From NCBI GenBank assembly GCA_965219415.1, contig CBDCNP010000002.1:3296001-3360000 (forward strand): a stretch of DNA of 64,000 nucleotides. The letters are read 5' to 3'. Below, piece by piece: positions 42,416-52,879 of this stretch. Every line of letters starts with the position of its first letter. The first letter of the stretch is position 1. The stretch is from Candidatus Marinacidobacterales bacterium. Lineage in GTDB: Bacteria; Acidobacteriota; Vicinamibacteria; Marinacidobacterales; DATDRI01. The position numbers and the translations under genes were made by a program. The notes under the pieces were generated by a model, which saw nothing but the letters and a program-made list of their open reading frames with translations, ran no database searches and was not told the origin of the DNA.

Positions 42416-43556
42416 GAATCAAGCTACTGTGCGTTGCGAAGATACCACCGCTTCCGCTCACCAGCGCCACCTCCGCGCCTTCGACCTGCCGCTCACCACA
42501 GGAGCCCCGAAGCTGCTTGACCGCCTCGGTCAGGTGGAGGATTCCGTCGGCGTGGGCCTGCGAGAGGAGTCCGCCATGCGTGTTCACCGGTAGCTTACCC
42601 CCGAGGGCGGTGCCGATGCTTTCGACATAGGGTCCCCCCTCACCTTTTTCACAAAACCCGTAGTCTTCGAGCTGCACCAGCGCCGTATAGGTAAAGGAGT
42701 CGTAGAGCTCGGCGACATCGATGTCCTCCGGCTGAAGCCCCGCCATCTCGAAGGCCCGTGGCCCCGCCCTAGCCGCACCACTCTGAGTAAGGTTTGCGGA
42801 GGTGACGAAACGGTGCGTATGTTGCTGCGCGGCGCCAAGGATTACGGTAGGTCGGTTCGCGAGATCTCGAGCCCGTTCCAAAGAAGTGATGATGAAGGCG
42901 CCCCCGAAGTCGGAAATGAGCGAACAGTCGAGCAGGCGAAAGGGCTCCGCTATCCATCGCGATCGAAGGTAGTCGTCCATGGTGATCGACTTGCTCATCT
43001 GAGCGTTGTCATTCATCGTGGCGTGACGACGGGTGGTGACCGCGATAGCACCCAGCTGCTCGTGGGTCGTGCCGAACTCGTGCATATGTCTGCGTGCGAA
43101 GAGCGCGTAGGCCGGGGCCGCCTCGACGAGGCCGAAGGGCTCTTCGAAGTCTTCATATCCCCATCGAAACTTGCCGTGGGTGGGGCGACGCTCCTTCAAC
43201 TGTGACCACATCGCGTCGGCACCGACGTAAAGGACCATCTGACACAAGCCGGACTCGATGGCTCCCGCGGCAACCGCCGCAGCTGCACACGGGGTTGCAC
43301 CGCCGATATGCAGATCGAACGCGAACGAGGGTTGGATGCCCAGCGCCGCGGCGAACTTGATGGTATGTAGAAACTCGGGGTCTCCGTAGGGTGCGTGACT
43401 CAGGATCCCGTCGATGTCATCGTAGGACAAGCCGGCGTCTAGGACGGCATTGTCCGCCGCTTCGACGGCGAGCCGGACATTCGTGAGGTCCTCTCGCCTC
43501 CCGATGCGAGCCTCGCCGATACCGACGATCGCATAGCGTTTACTAGGGTTGGCCAC
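42402..43556 (-). CDS. SCP-x/Ltp2-type thiolase-family protein
   Basis: LLDCSLISDFGGA, AELYDSFT, VNTHGGLLS. Confidence 0.9.
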   Translation of the reverse strand: MANPSKRYAIVGIGEARIGRREDLTNVRLAVEAADNAVLDAGLSYDDIDGILSHAPYGDPEFLHTIKFAAALGIQPSFAFDLHIGGATPCAAAAVAAGAIESGLCQMVLYVGADAMWSQLKERRPTHGKFRWGYEDFEEPFGLVEAAPAYALFARRHMHEFGTTHEQLGAIAVTTRRHATMNDNAQMSKSITMDDYLRSRWIAEPFRLLDCSLISDFGGAFIITSLERARDLANRPTVILGAAQQHTHRFVTSANLTQSGAARAGPRAFEMAGLQPEDIDVAELYDSFTYTALVQLEDYGFCEKGEGGPYVESIGTALGGKLPVNTHGGLLSQAHADGILHLTEAVKQLRGSCGERQVEGAEVALVSGSGGIFATHSSLILGVE

Positions 43557-43619
43557 CGAAGGAAGATATCAATATTGTTCCGCTTATCAAAACTGCTAAA
43601 GAATTATGAGGCAGGAACC

Positions 43620-44000
43620 TCCGGCCGATCCTTTCCGTAGCTACGAGAAGCGATGACGAACGCGCAGGTCGATCTGACGGGGCTCGACGAGCCGGCTCGG
43701 ATCGAGGCCTTTCGTGTGTCGGCCAATCTGTTCTCCACGAGGGTCTCTCTCCGCTCATCGGGCGCGGGTTTTCACCGCAAGAGGACTCTCCGGCCGGTGA
43801 GCCGGTCGCCATCCTCGGCCACGGTTCTTGGGAGCGCCGGTTCGGGGCGGACCGTGGGATCGTCGGCCGACAGATCGTGTTGGACGGAAACCCAACCACC
43901 GTGGTGGGTGTCATGCCGCCCAAGCTCGAACTGGGTTTGTTTCGAGACGTAGAGATCTGGACTCGACTCGCCATGGATGAAACTAGCCGCCGTGATAAAC
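43620..44000 (+). pseudogene. ADOP/MacB-type ABC permease fragment
   Basis: VSANLF, GRGF, WERRFGAD..IVGR.I.LDG....VVGVMP. Confidence 0.75.
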
Positions 44001-44152
44001 TCGCCGCTCAAGCTCCATCGAAAGGTTGGGCCGGAGTGTGTTTTGGCTTGCCGGCTATCTCGATTCACGAGGTTCCGACACCGCACTAGCAAGCGGCTTG
44101 GCGCGCTCTTGCTCGATCTCGATAGGGCATGTTTGGGCCCGGAGGTAGGGCC

Positions 44153-45708
44153 GTGGACACGATCGGCAAGTATAGAGTTCTCGCAAAGATCGGCGCAGGC
44201 GCCATGGGGGTGGTTTACAAGGCCCTCGATCCTGGCATCAACCGCATCCTCGCGGTCAAAACCATGTCCGCCGATCTGGCCAGCGAGCCAGAGCTCCGCG
44301 AACGATTCGAGCGTGAGGCCCGGACTGCCGGAAGGCTTTCCCACAAGAACCTGATCACCATTTACGATCTCTTCGAAGAAAAGGGTCGCATCTTCATCGC
44401 CATGGAGTATTTGGACGGCGAAGAGCTCAAATCGAAGATCGCTCGAGCCGAGCCGATATCACTCGAGCGCAAGCTCCGTTGGATGCAGGAGCTCTCGGAA
44501 GGCTCGAGCACGCTCACCAGAAGGAGATCGTCCATCGGGATATCAAGCCCGGCAACATATTCATCACTCGCAGGGACCACGTGAAGATCTTGGATTTCGG
44601 TATCGCTCGCATTGCCTCGTCTGAACTCACGAAGTCCGGGATGGTGATGGGGACGCCCAACTACATGTCTCCCGAGCAAGTAATGGGCAAGCGGGTGGAC
44701 CACCGCTTAGATATTTTCTCTGCGGGCGCGGTTTTGTATGAACTACTCACTTTCCGCAAGCCCTTCACCGGTAAGTCATACCATGACACGTTCACGAACA
44801 TTGTGACGCAGGATCCGGAGCCTCTGCAGCGGGTCGAGCCATCCCTCCCCCGGGAGCTCACGGCCATCGCGGTGCGAGCACTCGCCAAGGACCCGTCCCA
44901 TCGCTATCAAAGAATAAAGCACTTCACGGGGGACCTCCGTCAAATGGCAAAGGCTCTCGACAGCCGCAGACATTACATTCAGCAGGAGACCAGAAAAGTC
45001 GTCGACGGTCTGGATGGATTGCTCCGGGAAAACGAAAAGTGGCTCGAGTCGTTTCCAGCCGCCGGTGCCACGAGAGAATTCGTTAGATGGCTTCGACAAC
45101 GATTGGATGCGGGTCAGAATCCAAACCACGCCCTCGGACTAGATCCTGATCCAGGATACCTCGAGTCCGTGGAGATGCATGCCCGCGCCGTGCGCGCATA
45201 CGAACGTGCCGCCGGTCGCGTTTCACGCGCAAAGGAACGCCTAGCCAATAGTGCGAGCGAGCCGCGGCCAGAGACTCAGGCTGTCGACGGACGTCCTGTA
45301 GAAGAACGCCATATCGCGGAGCTTCTCTCGAAAGCCCATTCCTTTTATCGTAGGGGCGAACTCCGACGAGCTCTCTCGGTCGTGGAAGGTGCGCGGAACC
45401 TGGATCCCCATCACGCCGAGGCGAAGACTCTCTACTCTCGTGTCACCGCCCGCCTGGAGGAGGAACGGATCGAAGAAGGGAGGGCCCGGCAAGCGGCAGA
45501 GCTTTTTCGAACCGCCGCCGCCAAGTTCGATACCGCAGATCTCGCCGCGTGCCTACCCTTGCTCTCAGAGATCTTCCGTTTGCAGCCAGACCACCTGGAA
45601 GCGACCGCTCTCCAGGAAAAGGTTCAACAACGGATTAAGGAAGCCGCGGACCGAAGCCTACGAAAAGGTGACGAAATGGGAAAGCGCGGACCGACCTCGC
45701 CGAAGTAG
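44153..45708 (+). pseudogene. Ser/Thr kinase with TPR-like C-terminus, frameshifted near 44500
   Basis: [34 protein letters not shown], split over two frames. Confidence 0.85.
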
Positions 45709-45749
45709 GGCGGTCAATTCAGGGTACCTTGAGCTCTGGAAAAGGATTC

Positions 45750-45778
45750 TTGACTAATCGTTCCAAAATGGCTATAGT
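45750..45778 (+). promoter_or_regulatory. Sigma70 promoter of the tetR operon with a probable overlapping operator
   Basis: TTGACT-17 bp-TATAGT; imperfect palindrome ttgactaatcgttccaa. Confidence 0.7.
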
Positions 45779-45799
45779 ACGGGTGCGTCTGAGATAGCG

Positions 45800-46399
45800 A
45801 TGGCGAGGCCGAGGGAGTTCGACCGTGATGAAGTGCTGGATCAGGCCATCGAGGTGTTCTGGCAGCACGGGTACGAGGGGACATCGGTACAAGACCTGGT
45901 CGATTCCATGGGGATCAACCGGGGCAGCCTCTACGGCGCCTTCGGTGACAAGCACGGACTGTTCCTCGCCGCACTGCATCGCTATGAAGAGACTTTCCAC
46001 TCGACGATATCGGAGAGGTTGGCGGAAGGTGGGTCGCCGATGCAAGCCATCCGCCGTGTCTTCGAAGATGTAGTTCGAGAATGCTCGTGCGACGAGGGTC
46101 GAAAGGGCTGTCTGATGACGAACTCAGCGGTGGAACTCGCCGCTCATGACCGCGACACCGCGGCGCTGGTCGCCGCGAATTTCACACGGCTCGAGGAGGC
46201 CTTTGTAAAAGTGCTTCGGCACGCGCAGTCCGATGGGGAGCTCGGCAAAAAGCAAAATCCCAGGGCGCTGGGGCGCTTTCTTACCAGCAGCCTTCAGGGC
46301 CTACGAGTCATGGGGAAGGCGTGCCCGGATCGGGTACTTCTCCGTGACGTGGTACGAGTGACTCTTTCCGTTCTAGAGGAGACCAAAGGAGACAACTAA
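45800..46399 (+). CDS. TetR-family regulator (NemR/ComR-like)
   Basis: MARPREFD, GYEGTS, SLYGAFGDK, GCLMTN. Confidence 0.92.
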   Translation: MARPREFDRDEVLDQAIEVFWQHGYEGTSVQDLVDSMGINRGSLYGAFGDKHGLFLAALHRYEETFHSTISERLAEGGSPMQAIRRVFEDVVRECSCDEGRKGCLMTNSAVELAAHDRDTAALVAANFTRLEEAFVKVLRHAQSDGELGKKQNPRALGRFLTSSLQGLRVMGKACPDRVLLRDVVRVTLSVLEETKGDN

Positions 46400-46740
46400 T
46401 GGCAGACGATGCGAAATACGTGACCTTGACCGAGGAGAACTTCAAAGGCGAAGTGCTGGAAAGCGGAAAGCCGGTGCTGGTGGATTTTTGGGCCAGCTGG
46501 TGTGGCCCTTGCCACATGATCGCCCCCGCCATCGAAGAGCTGGCTTCCGAGTTCGATGGGCAGGCTACCATCGGCAAACTGAACGTCGACGAGCAGCCCG
46601 GCGTCGCCGAACAGTACGGGATCCGATCGATTCCGTCCTTGTTGTTCTTCCAGGACGGCAAGGTCGTGGATCAGGTCGTGGGGGCCGCTCCCAAGAAGTC
46701 CCTGGCCGAGAAACTGACCAGCTTGATCCCGGTCGCCTAA
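46399..46740 (+). CDS. trxA: Thioredoxin
   Basis: VDFWASWCGPC. Confidence 0.95.
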   Translation: MADDAKYVTLTEENFKGEVLESGKPVLVDFWASWCGPCHMIAPAIEELASEFDGQATIGKLNVDEQPGVAEQYGIRSIPSLLFFQDGKVVDQVVGAAPKKSLAEKLTSLIPVA

Positions 46741-46835
46741 CAAGGTAATTCAATGCGGGTGGGGGGTGACTCCGTTATCCCCCTTTTCGTTTTCCCCCTC
46801 AATCCGTCAAATGACTTGGAGTATGCTGTGGCGCA

Positions 46836-47756
46836 ATGAAAGTAGCCATCTACGGAGCAGGCGGCGTGGGCGGGTACTACGCGGCTCGTCTCGCTCAGGC
46901 GGGTGCGGACGTTCATCTGATTGCGCGGGGCCAGCACCTGCGCGCACTCAAGGAGGTAGGTCTCAGAATTCGCAGCCCTAAGGGAGACGCCGAGCTTCGC
47001 CTCCCTGCCACCGAGAACGCAGAGGATATCGGCCCAGCCGACTATGTCCTGTTCTGCGTCAAGTCGTTCGACACCGAGAAGGCCGCAGCCCGTTTGCCGT
47101 CCCTCCTGAAGAGCAACACCGCGGTAATTTCTCTCCAAAACGGCGTGGACAACGAGGAAAAGATCGGCGCGGCTGTAGGCCTCGATCACGTGATGGGGGG
47201 AGCATCGTTCATCATGGCCACGATCTCCGAGCCGGGCGTCATCGAGCACATCGGGGAGCTATCGCGCATCGTCTTCGGCGAGCTGGATGGAAAACCGAGT
47301 GATCGAGCCGAACGCTGGCTGGCCCTGTGCCACGAGGCAGGAATCGAAGCCGAGCTCTCCTCGGACGTTCGCTCCGTGCTGTGGAACAAGTTCGCTTTCA
47401 TCTGTGCCTTCGCGGGGATGACCGCGACCACGCGCCTTCCGGTTGGCCCGATCCGGGAAGACGAACTTGCAATGAAGCTCGCCAGGGGAATTATGGAAGA
47501 GGTCATTGCCGTGGCTCGAGCGGAAGGCGTCGGCCTTCCAGAAGACGTGGTCGATAAGTTGCACGAACTAGCCATGAAGCTGAACCCGGAGTCCTATTCC
47601 TCCCTCCATTATGATCTGACGCACGGAAAACCGATGGAGCTCGAAGCCCTACATGGCACCGCCCTCCGGTTGGCGAGAAAGCACGGAATCGATACGCCCC
47701 GATGCGAAGTGGTCTACGCAATCTTGAAACCATGGGCGGTGCGCAACCAAGGTTGA
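46836..47756 (+). CDS. panE: 2-dehydropantoate 2-reductase
   Basis: GAGGVGG, LQNG, LWNK, SSLHYDL..GKPMELE. Confidence 0.9.
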   Translation: MKVAIYGAGGVGGYYAARLAQAGADVHLIARGQHLRALKEVGLRIRSPKGDAELRLPATENAEDIGPADYVLFCVKSFDTEKAAARLPSLLKSNTAVISLQNGVDNEEKIGAAVGLDHVMGGASFIMATISEPGVIEHIGELSRIVFGELDGKPSDRAERWLALCHEAGIEAELSSDVRSVLWNKFAFICAFAGMTATTRLPVGPIREDELAMKLARGIMEEVIAVARAEGVGLPEDVVDKLHELAMKLNPESYSSLHYDLTHGKPMELEALHGTALRLARKHGIDTPRCEVVYAILKPWAVRNQG

Positions 47757-47759
47757 TCG

Positions 47760-48560
47760 GTGACGGTTCGGTTCTTGAGGATCAACTCCTTTGCCGATCA
47801 CCCCTTTTCCGGAAACCCGGCAACGGTTTGCTTCCTCCAAGGACCCGGAAGCGACGGCTGGATGCAGAGGGTAGCCGGGGAAATGAATACCGGCGGAACC
47901 GCTTTCCTGTCCGGAAGCGGCGGTGAGCTCGGCCTCCACTTTTTCACGCCGAAGGTTGAAGTGGAGCTCTCGGGCCACACTACCCTTGCCGCGGCACATG
48001 CCTTGTGGGAAGAAGGGCTCTTACCATCGAACGCCGTGGCGCGATTTCGAACCAAGGCCGGCTCTCTCGGGGCCGAGCGCCGAGGAAGGTGGATCGAGCT
48101 CGATTTTCCAAGCGAGCCGCAGCGGGCAAGCGAATGCCCCGACGATCTCGAAGACGCGCTGGGAATCGCTGCGCTCTACGTCGGCCGGAATCGATTCGAT
48201 TACCTGGTGGAGGTCGACTCCGAGGAAGCGCTGCGCCAGATGGACCCCGATTTTCCGCTACTCGCCACCATCCCCACGCGCGGAGTGATAGTGACTAGCC
48301 CAAGTGGTGAGCGGGACTATGACTTCGTGTCGCGATTCTTCGCGCCCCGCGCCGGTTTGCCGGAAGATCAAGTAACCGGATCGGCACATTGCTGCCTAGG
48401 TCCCTACTGGATGGAGCGGCTCGGTAAGAAGGAGCTTCTCGCCTACCAAGCCTCTCGCCGCGGGGGGACTCTACGGGTCCGGGTCGAGGGAGAACGCGTG
48501 AAGCTCGCCGGTCAGGCGGTAACGATCATGAGAGGGGACTTGTCTATTCCCCCCGAATGA
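47760..48560 (+). CDS. PhzF-family isomerase
   Basis: FSGNPA, EVELSGHTTL, SRFFAP, EDQVTGSAH. Confidence 0.9.
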   Translation: MTVRFLRINSFADHPFSGNPATVCFLQGPGSDGWMQRVAGEMNTGGTAFLSGSGGELGLHFFTPKVEVELSGHTTLAAAHALWEEGLLPSNAVARFRTKAGSLGAERRGRWIELDFPSEPQRASECPDDLEDALGIAALYVGRNRFDYLVEVDSEEALRQMDPDFPLLATIPTRGVIVTSPSGERDYDFVSRFFAPRAGLPEDQVTGSAHCCLGPYWMERLGKKELLAYQASRRGGTLRVRVEGERVKLAGQAVTIMRGDLSIPPE

Positions 48561-48936
48561 CGTCGCCCGGATTCTCCCTTGGCCCTGGGGGATACACTCG
48601 TGTTCTCGGACACTCACTCCGGGAGCTTCGAAGCGGCTTTTCTTTTGAAACCCTTGATATTCCGCGTCTTATGGTCGACCCGGGTATCTGGCACGGTTGC
48701 TGCCAAAACGAGGGACCGAAGGTAGGTCCGGCCCGGGAAGCGGGGGGGATGGCTTACACGGGGGCTCGCCCTCGTTTCCCGGCCGGCCCTTTAACGCTCC
48801 GGTCCTTCATCTTCTGGTCGCACCCAAGCCACGTGGTTGGAAGACCCGACCCAGTCCGGGGCGCCCAAATCGCGTGGTTGATCGCGGCCCCGCTACGACT
48901 TGCCGAGCCGCTTCGGCTCGGCCTAAACTACCTACC

Positions 48937-49977
48937 GTGAGCACGCCAACGCCGTCGATCGACTCCCTCGGTCGACCAATACGCAATTTGAGGCTATCGG
49001 TAACCGACCGATGTAACCTCCGCTGCCAATACTGTATGCCGGAGGCGGAGTACGTCTGGCTCCCCCGAAAAGACCTCCTGACGTTCGAGGAGATAGGCCG
49101 CCTGGTGAACGTCTTCACCGATCTCGGCGTAGGCAAGCTGCGACTCACCGGCGGTGAGCCGCTGCTCAGAAAAGACCTCCCGGTGCTCGTGAGTCTCTTG
49201 ACCCAAAATGCCGATATCAAGGACTTGGCGATCACGACAAACGGCGTGCAACTAGCCGGGCAAGCCCGCGCCCTTTTCGAGGCCGGACTCGGCCGTGTGA
49301 CGGTCAGTCTCGACACCCTCCGCAGCGAGCGTTTCCAGGCCATCAACAAGCGAGATTACCTGGGCAAGGTTCAAGAGGGGATCCGCGCCGTCAAGGATGC
49401 GGGATTCAACGGCTTGAAGATCGACACCGTCGTTATCCGCGGAACAAACGAAGACGAGCTCGCCGACATGATCGAGTACGGCAAAGATGTCGGCGCGGAA
49501 GTACGCTTCATCGAGTACATGGATGTCGGCGGAGCAACCAAGTGGTCCATGGATCAAGTTTTTTCCCGATCCGAAATCCTGCGATCCGTAGAAGAACGGT
49601 ACGGCTCGGTCGAGCGCATGACCGAAGGGCAGGACCCCTCCGCACCTGCGGAAAGGTTTCTCTTATCCGACGGGACAATTTTCGGGATCATCTCGACCAC
49701 GACACAGCCCTTTTGCCAAAGCTGCGACCGAAGTCGGCTCACTGCGGATGGACAATGGTTTCTCTGCCTCTACTCCGAACAGGGCATCGACTTGCGACGG
49801 CCACTCCGGGGGAATGCTTCCGAGGAAGAGCTACGAAACATCATCGAGTCTAACTGGTCAGGGCGGAAGGATCGCGGTGCTGAGGAACGTCTGGGGATCG
49901 CGGCAAGGACTCCTCTCGTCGAAGCGGATGGACTGCGCCAAAACCCCCATTTGGAGATGCATACCCGCGGTGGTTGA
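48937..49977 (+). CDS. moaA: GTP 3',8-cyclase MoaA
   Basis: LRLSVTDRCNLRCQYCMP; FCQSCDRSRLTADG; C-terminal GG. Confidence 0.95.
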   Translation: MSTPTPSIDSLGRPIRNLRLSVTDRCNLRCQYCMPEAEYVWLPRKDLLTFEEIGRLVNVFTDLGVGKLRLTGGEPLLRKDLPVLVSLLTQNADIKDLAITTNGVQLAGQARALFEAGLGRVTVSLDTLRSERFQAINKRDYLGKVQEGIRAVKDAGFNGLKIDTVVIRGTNEDELADMIEYGKDVGAEVRFIEYMDVGGATKWSMDQVFSRSEILRSVEERYGSVERMTEGQDPSAPAERFLLSDGTIFGIISTTTQPFCQSCDRSRLTADGQWFLCLYSEQGIDLRRPLRGNASEEELRNIIESNWSGRKDRGAEERLGIAARTPLVEADGLRQNPHLEMHTRGG

Positions 49978-50080
49978 GATGTCCCTAGCCGTTCAGCCCC
50001 AACACCTTCCGAGGATCTCCTTAAACCTGTTAGCTACTTCATACCAGAACCCTTAGCGGTTCCCTATCGTGGCGGTAGTC

Positions 50081-50917
50081 ATGAGTCACCGACCGAGTGG
50101 TTGCGGAATCGGTCTCCGCAAAGAGCATTACGACTTCGTCCTTTCCGAGCGACCATCGATACCTTGGTTCGAGGTCATCTCCGAGAATTTCATGGGAGCG
50201 GGTGGACGTCCGCGACATATTCTCGAACAAGTGCGGCGCGATCACCCGATGGCCATTCACGGCGTTTCTCTCTCGATCGGCACAGCATCGCCGACCGATT
50301 CCATTTACTTGAAACGTCTAAAAGAGCTCATCGATTGGCTCGAACCGGGACTGGTATCCGACCATCTCTGCTGGACCGGTATTGGTGGCCACAACAGCCA
50401 CGACTTGCTGCCGCTTCCGTTCACCCCCGAAACGATACGGAACGTTGCCCGGAACGTTGGCGTGGTTCAGGAAACACTGGGACGCCGGATACTCCTCGAG
50501 AACATCTCCACCTACATCGAGTTCAACCATTCGCAAATGAGCGAATGGGAGTTCACCAGTGCGGTTTTGGAGGAGGCCGACTGCCATCTTCTGCTCGACG
50601 TGAACAACGTCTACGTGAATGCGCGCAATCACGGACTCGACCCCCGCCGTTACCTCGAAGGTATTCCGGAGGACCGTGTCCGGCAGTTTCACATCGCCGG
50701 ACACGAAGACCATGGAGATTTTGTCATCGACACTCATGACCATCCGGTCTGCGACGAAGTTTGGGCATTGTACCGAATGGCCGTAAAACGCTTCGGCCCT
50801 CAGCCAACGCTCGTCGAGCGCGACGCGCATATTCCCGAGTTCTCGGTGTTGCAACGAGAAGCCCAGCAGGCGCAACTCATTTTGGAGACGACCCGTGCCG
50901 TCCCCGCCACTCCCTGA
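50081..50917 (+). CDS. DUF692 / MNIO RiPP maturase (BufB-like)
   Basis: GIGLR, EVISENF, HGVSLS, SDHL, LLEN, LLLDVNN, HIAGH, IDTH, VERD. Confidence 0.93.
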   Translation: MSHRPSGCGIGLRKEHYDFVLSERPSIPWFEVISENFMGAGGRPRHILEQVRRDHPMAIHGVSLSIGTASPTDSIYLKRLKELIDWLEPGLVSDHLCWTGIGGHNSHDLLPLPFTPETIRNVARNVGVVQETLGRRILLENISTYIEFNHSQMSEWEFTSAVLEEADCHLLLDVNNVYVNARNHGLDPRRYLEGIPEDRVRQFHIAGHEDHGDFVIDTHDHPVCDEVWALYRMAVKRFGPQPTLVERDAHIPEFSVLQREAQQAQLILETTRAVPATP

Positions 50918-51728
50918 TCGACCTCCTCTACAAGCGCTCCAGGCTGCGATGCTCGGTGAGCTATTGGGCGAGGAGACGTTTGGGCCCGAAGCCCGCGCGC
51001 GCCATCTCCACAAACCTCCGCAGGGAACTCTGGAGGCCCGCTGGCACATCTATGCGTCCGGTTATCTCGCCCGCATCGTCGAAACGTTGGAGCACGACTA
51101 CCCCGCACTCAAACGGGTGCTGGGGAGCGCTCACTTCGAGGCATTGACCGAACGCTACCTCGACGCTCACTCACCACGATCTTTCGACCTTCGGTACGCA
51201 GGGGACCGTCTTGTTCTTTTCTTGGAGCAAGATCCATTGACCCACAAACTCCCCTTCCTACCGGATCTCGCCAAGCTCGAGTGGCACCTTTCGGAAGCAT
51301 TCGTGGTGAGCGATCCCGAGCCTCTTCTCTGGAACGAGCTCCAAGCGATGGCTCCCGAAGCGGTGTCCGAGCTGCCGCTTGACCTGAATCCCGGGACGGC
51401 GGTCATTCGATCGGCCTGGCCGATCATCGATATCCGCAATTTGAAGGACAAGAGCGACGACGAAGTCTCGCTCGAGGTCGAAGGGCGCCCATCGATCGCC
51501 CTCGTTTACCGCTATGGGTTGCAAGCCCGCTGCCGCAATCTCGACGAAGAAGACGCCCAGTTCATCGAAGCGGCGGTCGGTGGCACGAGCCTGGCGGAGA
51601 TCCAAACCGCCCTGGTGGAGGATGGCGAGGACCCGATCGCCGTCCAGAGACTCCTGGAACGCTTTCGTCGGTTAGTCGACGGAGGCCTTTTCTTGAAAGC
51701 TCGGAGGTCGCATGGTGCGGCCTCCTAA
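50895..51728 (+). CDS. DUF2063 MNIO partner (BufC-like)
   Basis: IY...Y..R....L...YP, DLAKLEW; overlaps DUF692. Confidence 0.85.
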   Translation: MPSPPLPDRPPLQALQAAMLGELLGEETFGPEARARHLHKPPQGTLEARWHIYASGYLARIVETLEHDYPALKRVLGSAHFEALTERYLDAHSPRSFDLRYAGDRLVLFLEQDPLTHKLPFLPDLAKLEWHLSEAFVVSDPEPLLWNELQAMAPEAVSELPLDLNPGTAVIRSAWPIIDIRNLKDKSDDEVSLEVEGRPSIALVYRYGLQARCRNLDEEDAQFIEAAVGGTSLAEIQTALVEDGEDPIAVQRLLERFRRLVDGGLFLKARRSHGAAS

Positions 51729-51745
51729 TTAAGTGGAGGATTCTA

Positions 51746-52024
51746 ATGAAAAAGCCCAGTTCAAGATCCCTTCTGGTCGCCTCTTTGGCCGGTGTTCTGA
51801 CCGTGCCTTTGGCGATGACAACCTTCGGCGGTAACACTTCTGCCCATGAGATCGAGGAAGTCCATTGTTACGGCGTTAACAAATGCAAGGCTACCGGCGA
51901 CTGCGGTGGCAAGGGACATTCCTGCGCCAACCAGAACTCCTGCAAGCGTGAAGGCTACCTTGACATGGACAAGGAGCTCTGCCTGAAGATCGACGGCGGA
52001 CGCTTGACCGCGGAAACAGAGTAA
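51746..52024 (+). CDS. Secreted six-Cys precursor peptide (BufA2-like)
   Basis: Strong RBS, signal peptide, VHCYGVNKCKATGDC...SCANQNSCK.EG...C....GG. Confidence 0.85.
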   Translation: MKKPSSRSLLVASLAGVLTVPLAMTTFGGNTSAHEIEEVHCYGVNKCKATGDCGGKGHSCANQNSCKREGYLDMDKELCLKIDGGRLTAETE

Positions 52025-52048
52025 GGCAAGTACAAACTCCATAGGAAA

Positions 52049-52080
52049 AGGCCGGCGAGGCCAGATTTCCTCGCCGGCCT
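52049..52080. terminator. 12-bp-stem hairpin after the precursor gene
   Basis: aggccggcgagg / cctcgccggcct; no U-tract on the + strand. Confidence 0.5.
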
Positions 52081-52100
52081 GTCCACACAGAGGAAAGATA

Positions 52101-52709
52101 ATGAGAATGAATTCCAAATACGTAGTGTCGGCAGCGGCTGCCGTTGTTGCAACTCTGAGCATCGGCGCTCCGATCGCACAAGCCGGGTCGCTAAAGATCG
52201 ATCCGCAACACTCTGCGGTCACCTTCCAGGTGACCCATCTCATGTTCACGAAAGTGGACGGTCAGTTTCGCGAGTTCGAGGGCACTTTCGACCTCGATGA
52301 AGACACCAACACGATCTCGAATGTCGTAGTGACGATTCAGACTGCCAGCATCGACACCAACGTCGAAGGGAGAGACAAGGACCTGCGTAGCAAGCGGTTT
52401 TTCAACGTCGAGAAATATCCCACCCTCACCTTCAAAAGCACCGCTCCTGCCAAACTGAACGGCAAGAAGGGGAAGATAAAAGGCACTCTGACCATGCATG
52501 GTGTGGAGAAAAAGGTCGTCCTCGACGCCGAGCTTCTCGGAAAGGGTAAGGATCCCTGGGGCAATTTGAAATATGGATTCGAAGCCACCACGGTTATCAG
52601 CCGAAAGGAGTTCGGAATGACCTGGAACGAGGCCCTCGAGGCGGGCGGTGTCTTGGTTGGCGACGAAGTGACGGTGAAGATCAACGTGGAAGCCGCACCC
52701 GCTTCTTAA
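52101..52709 (+). CDS. yceI: YceI-family periplasmic protein
   Basis: Signal peptide; IDPQHS.V.F, SIDT...RD.DLRS, DPWG. Confidence 0.92.
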   Translation: MRMNSKYVVSAAAAVVATLSIGAPIAQAGSLKIDPQHSAVTFQVTHLMFTKVDGQFREFEGTFDLDEDTNTISNVVVTIQTASIDTNVEGRDKDLRSKRFFNVEKYPTLTFKSTAPAKLNGKKGKIKGTLTMHGVEKKVVLDAELLGKGKDPWGNLKYGFEATTVISRKEFGMTWNEALEAGGVLVGDEVTVKINVEAAPAS

Positions 52710-52879
52710 AGACGAATTCGCCCTCAGCCTGATGGGGTGTGCTCTCCCGACGGTCGTCGGGAGGGGTGCCTGGCTAGGTACCTCGCGGCAATCCATATTC
52801 TGGGCGCCATGAGGTGCAAGGCCCTTTTTACTTTTCGCTTTACGATGTGCCCGATGTGGCGCACTCTCCGCTACTTATT

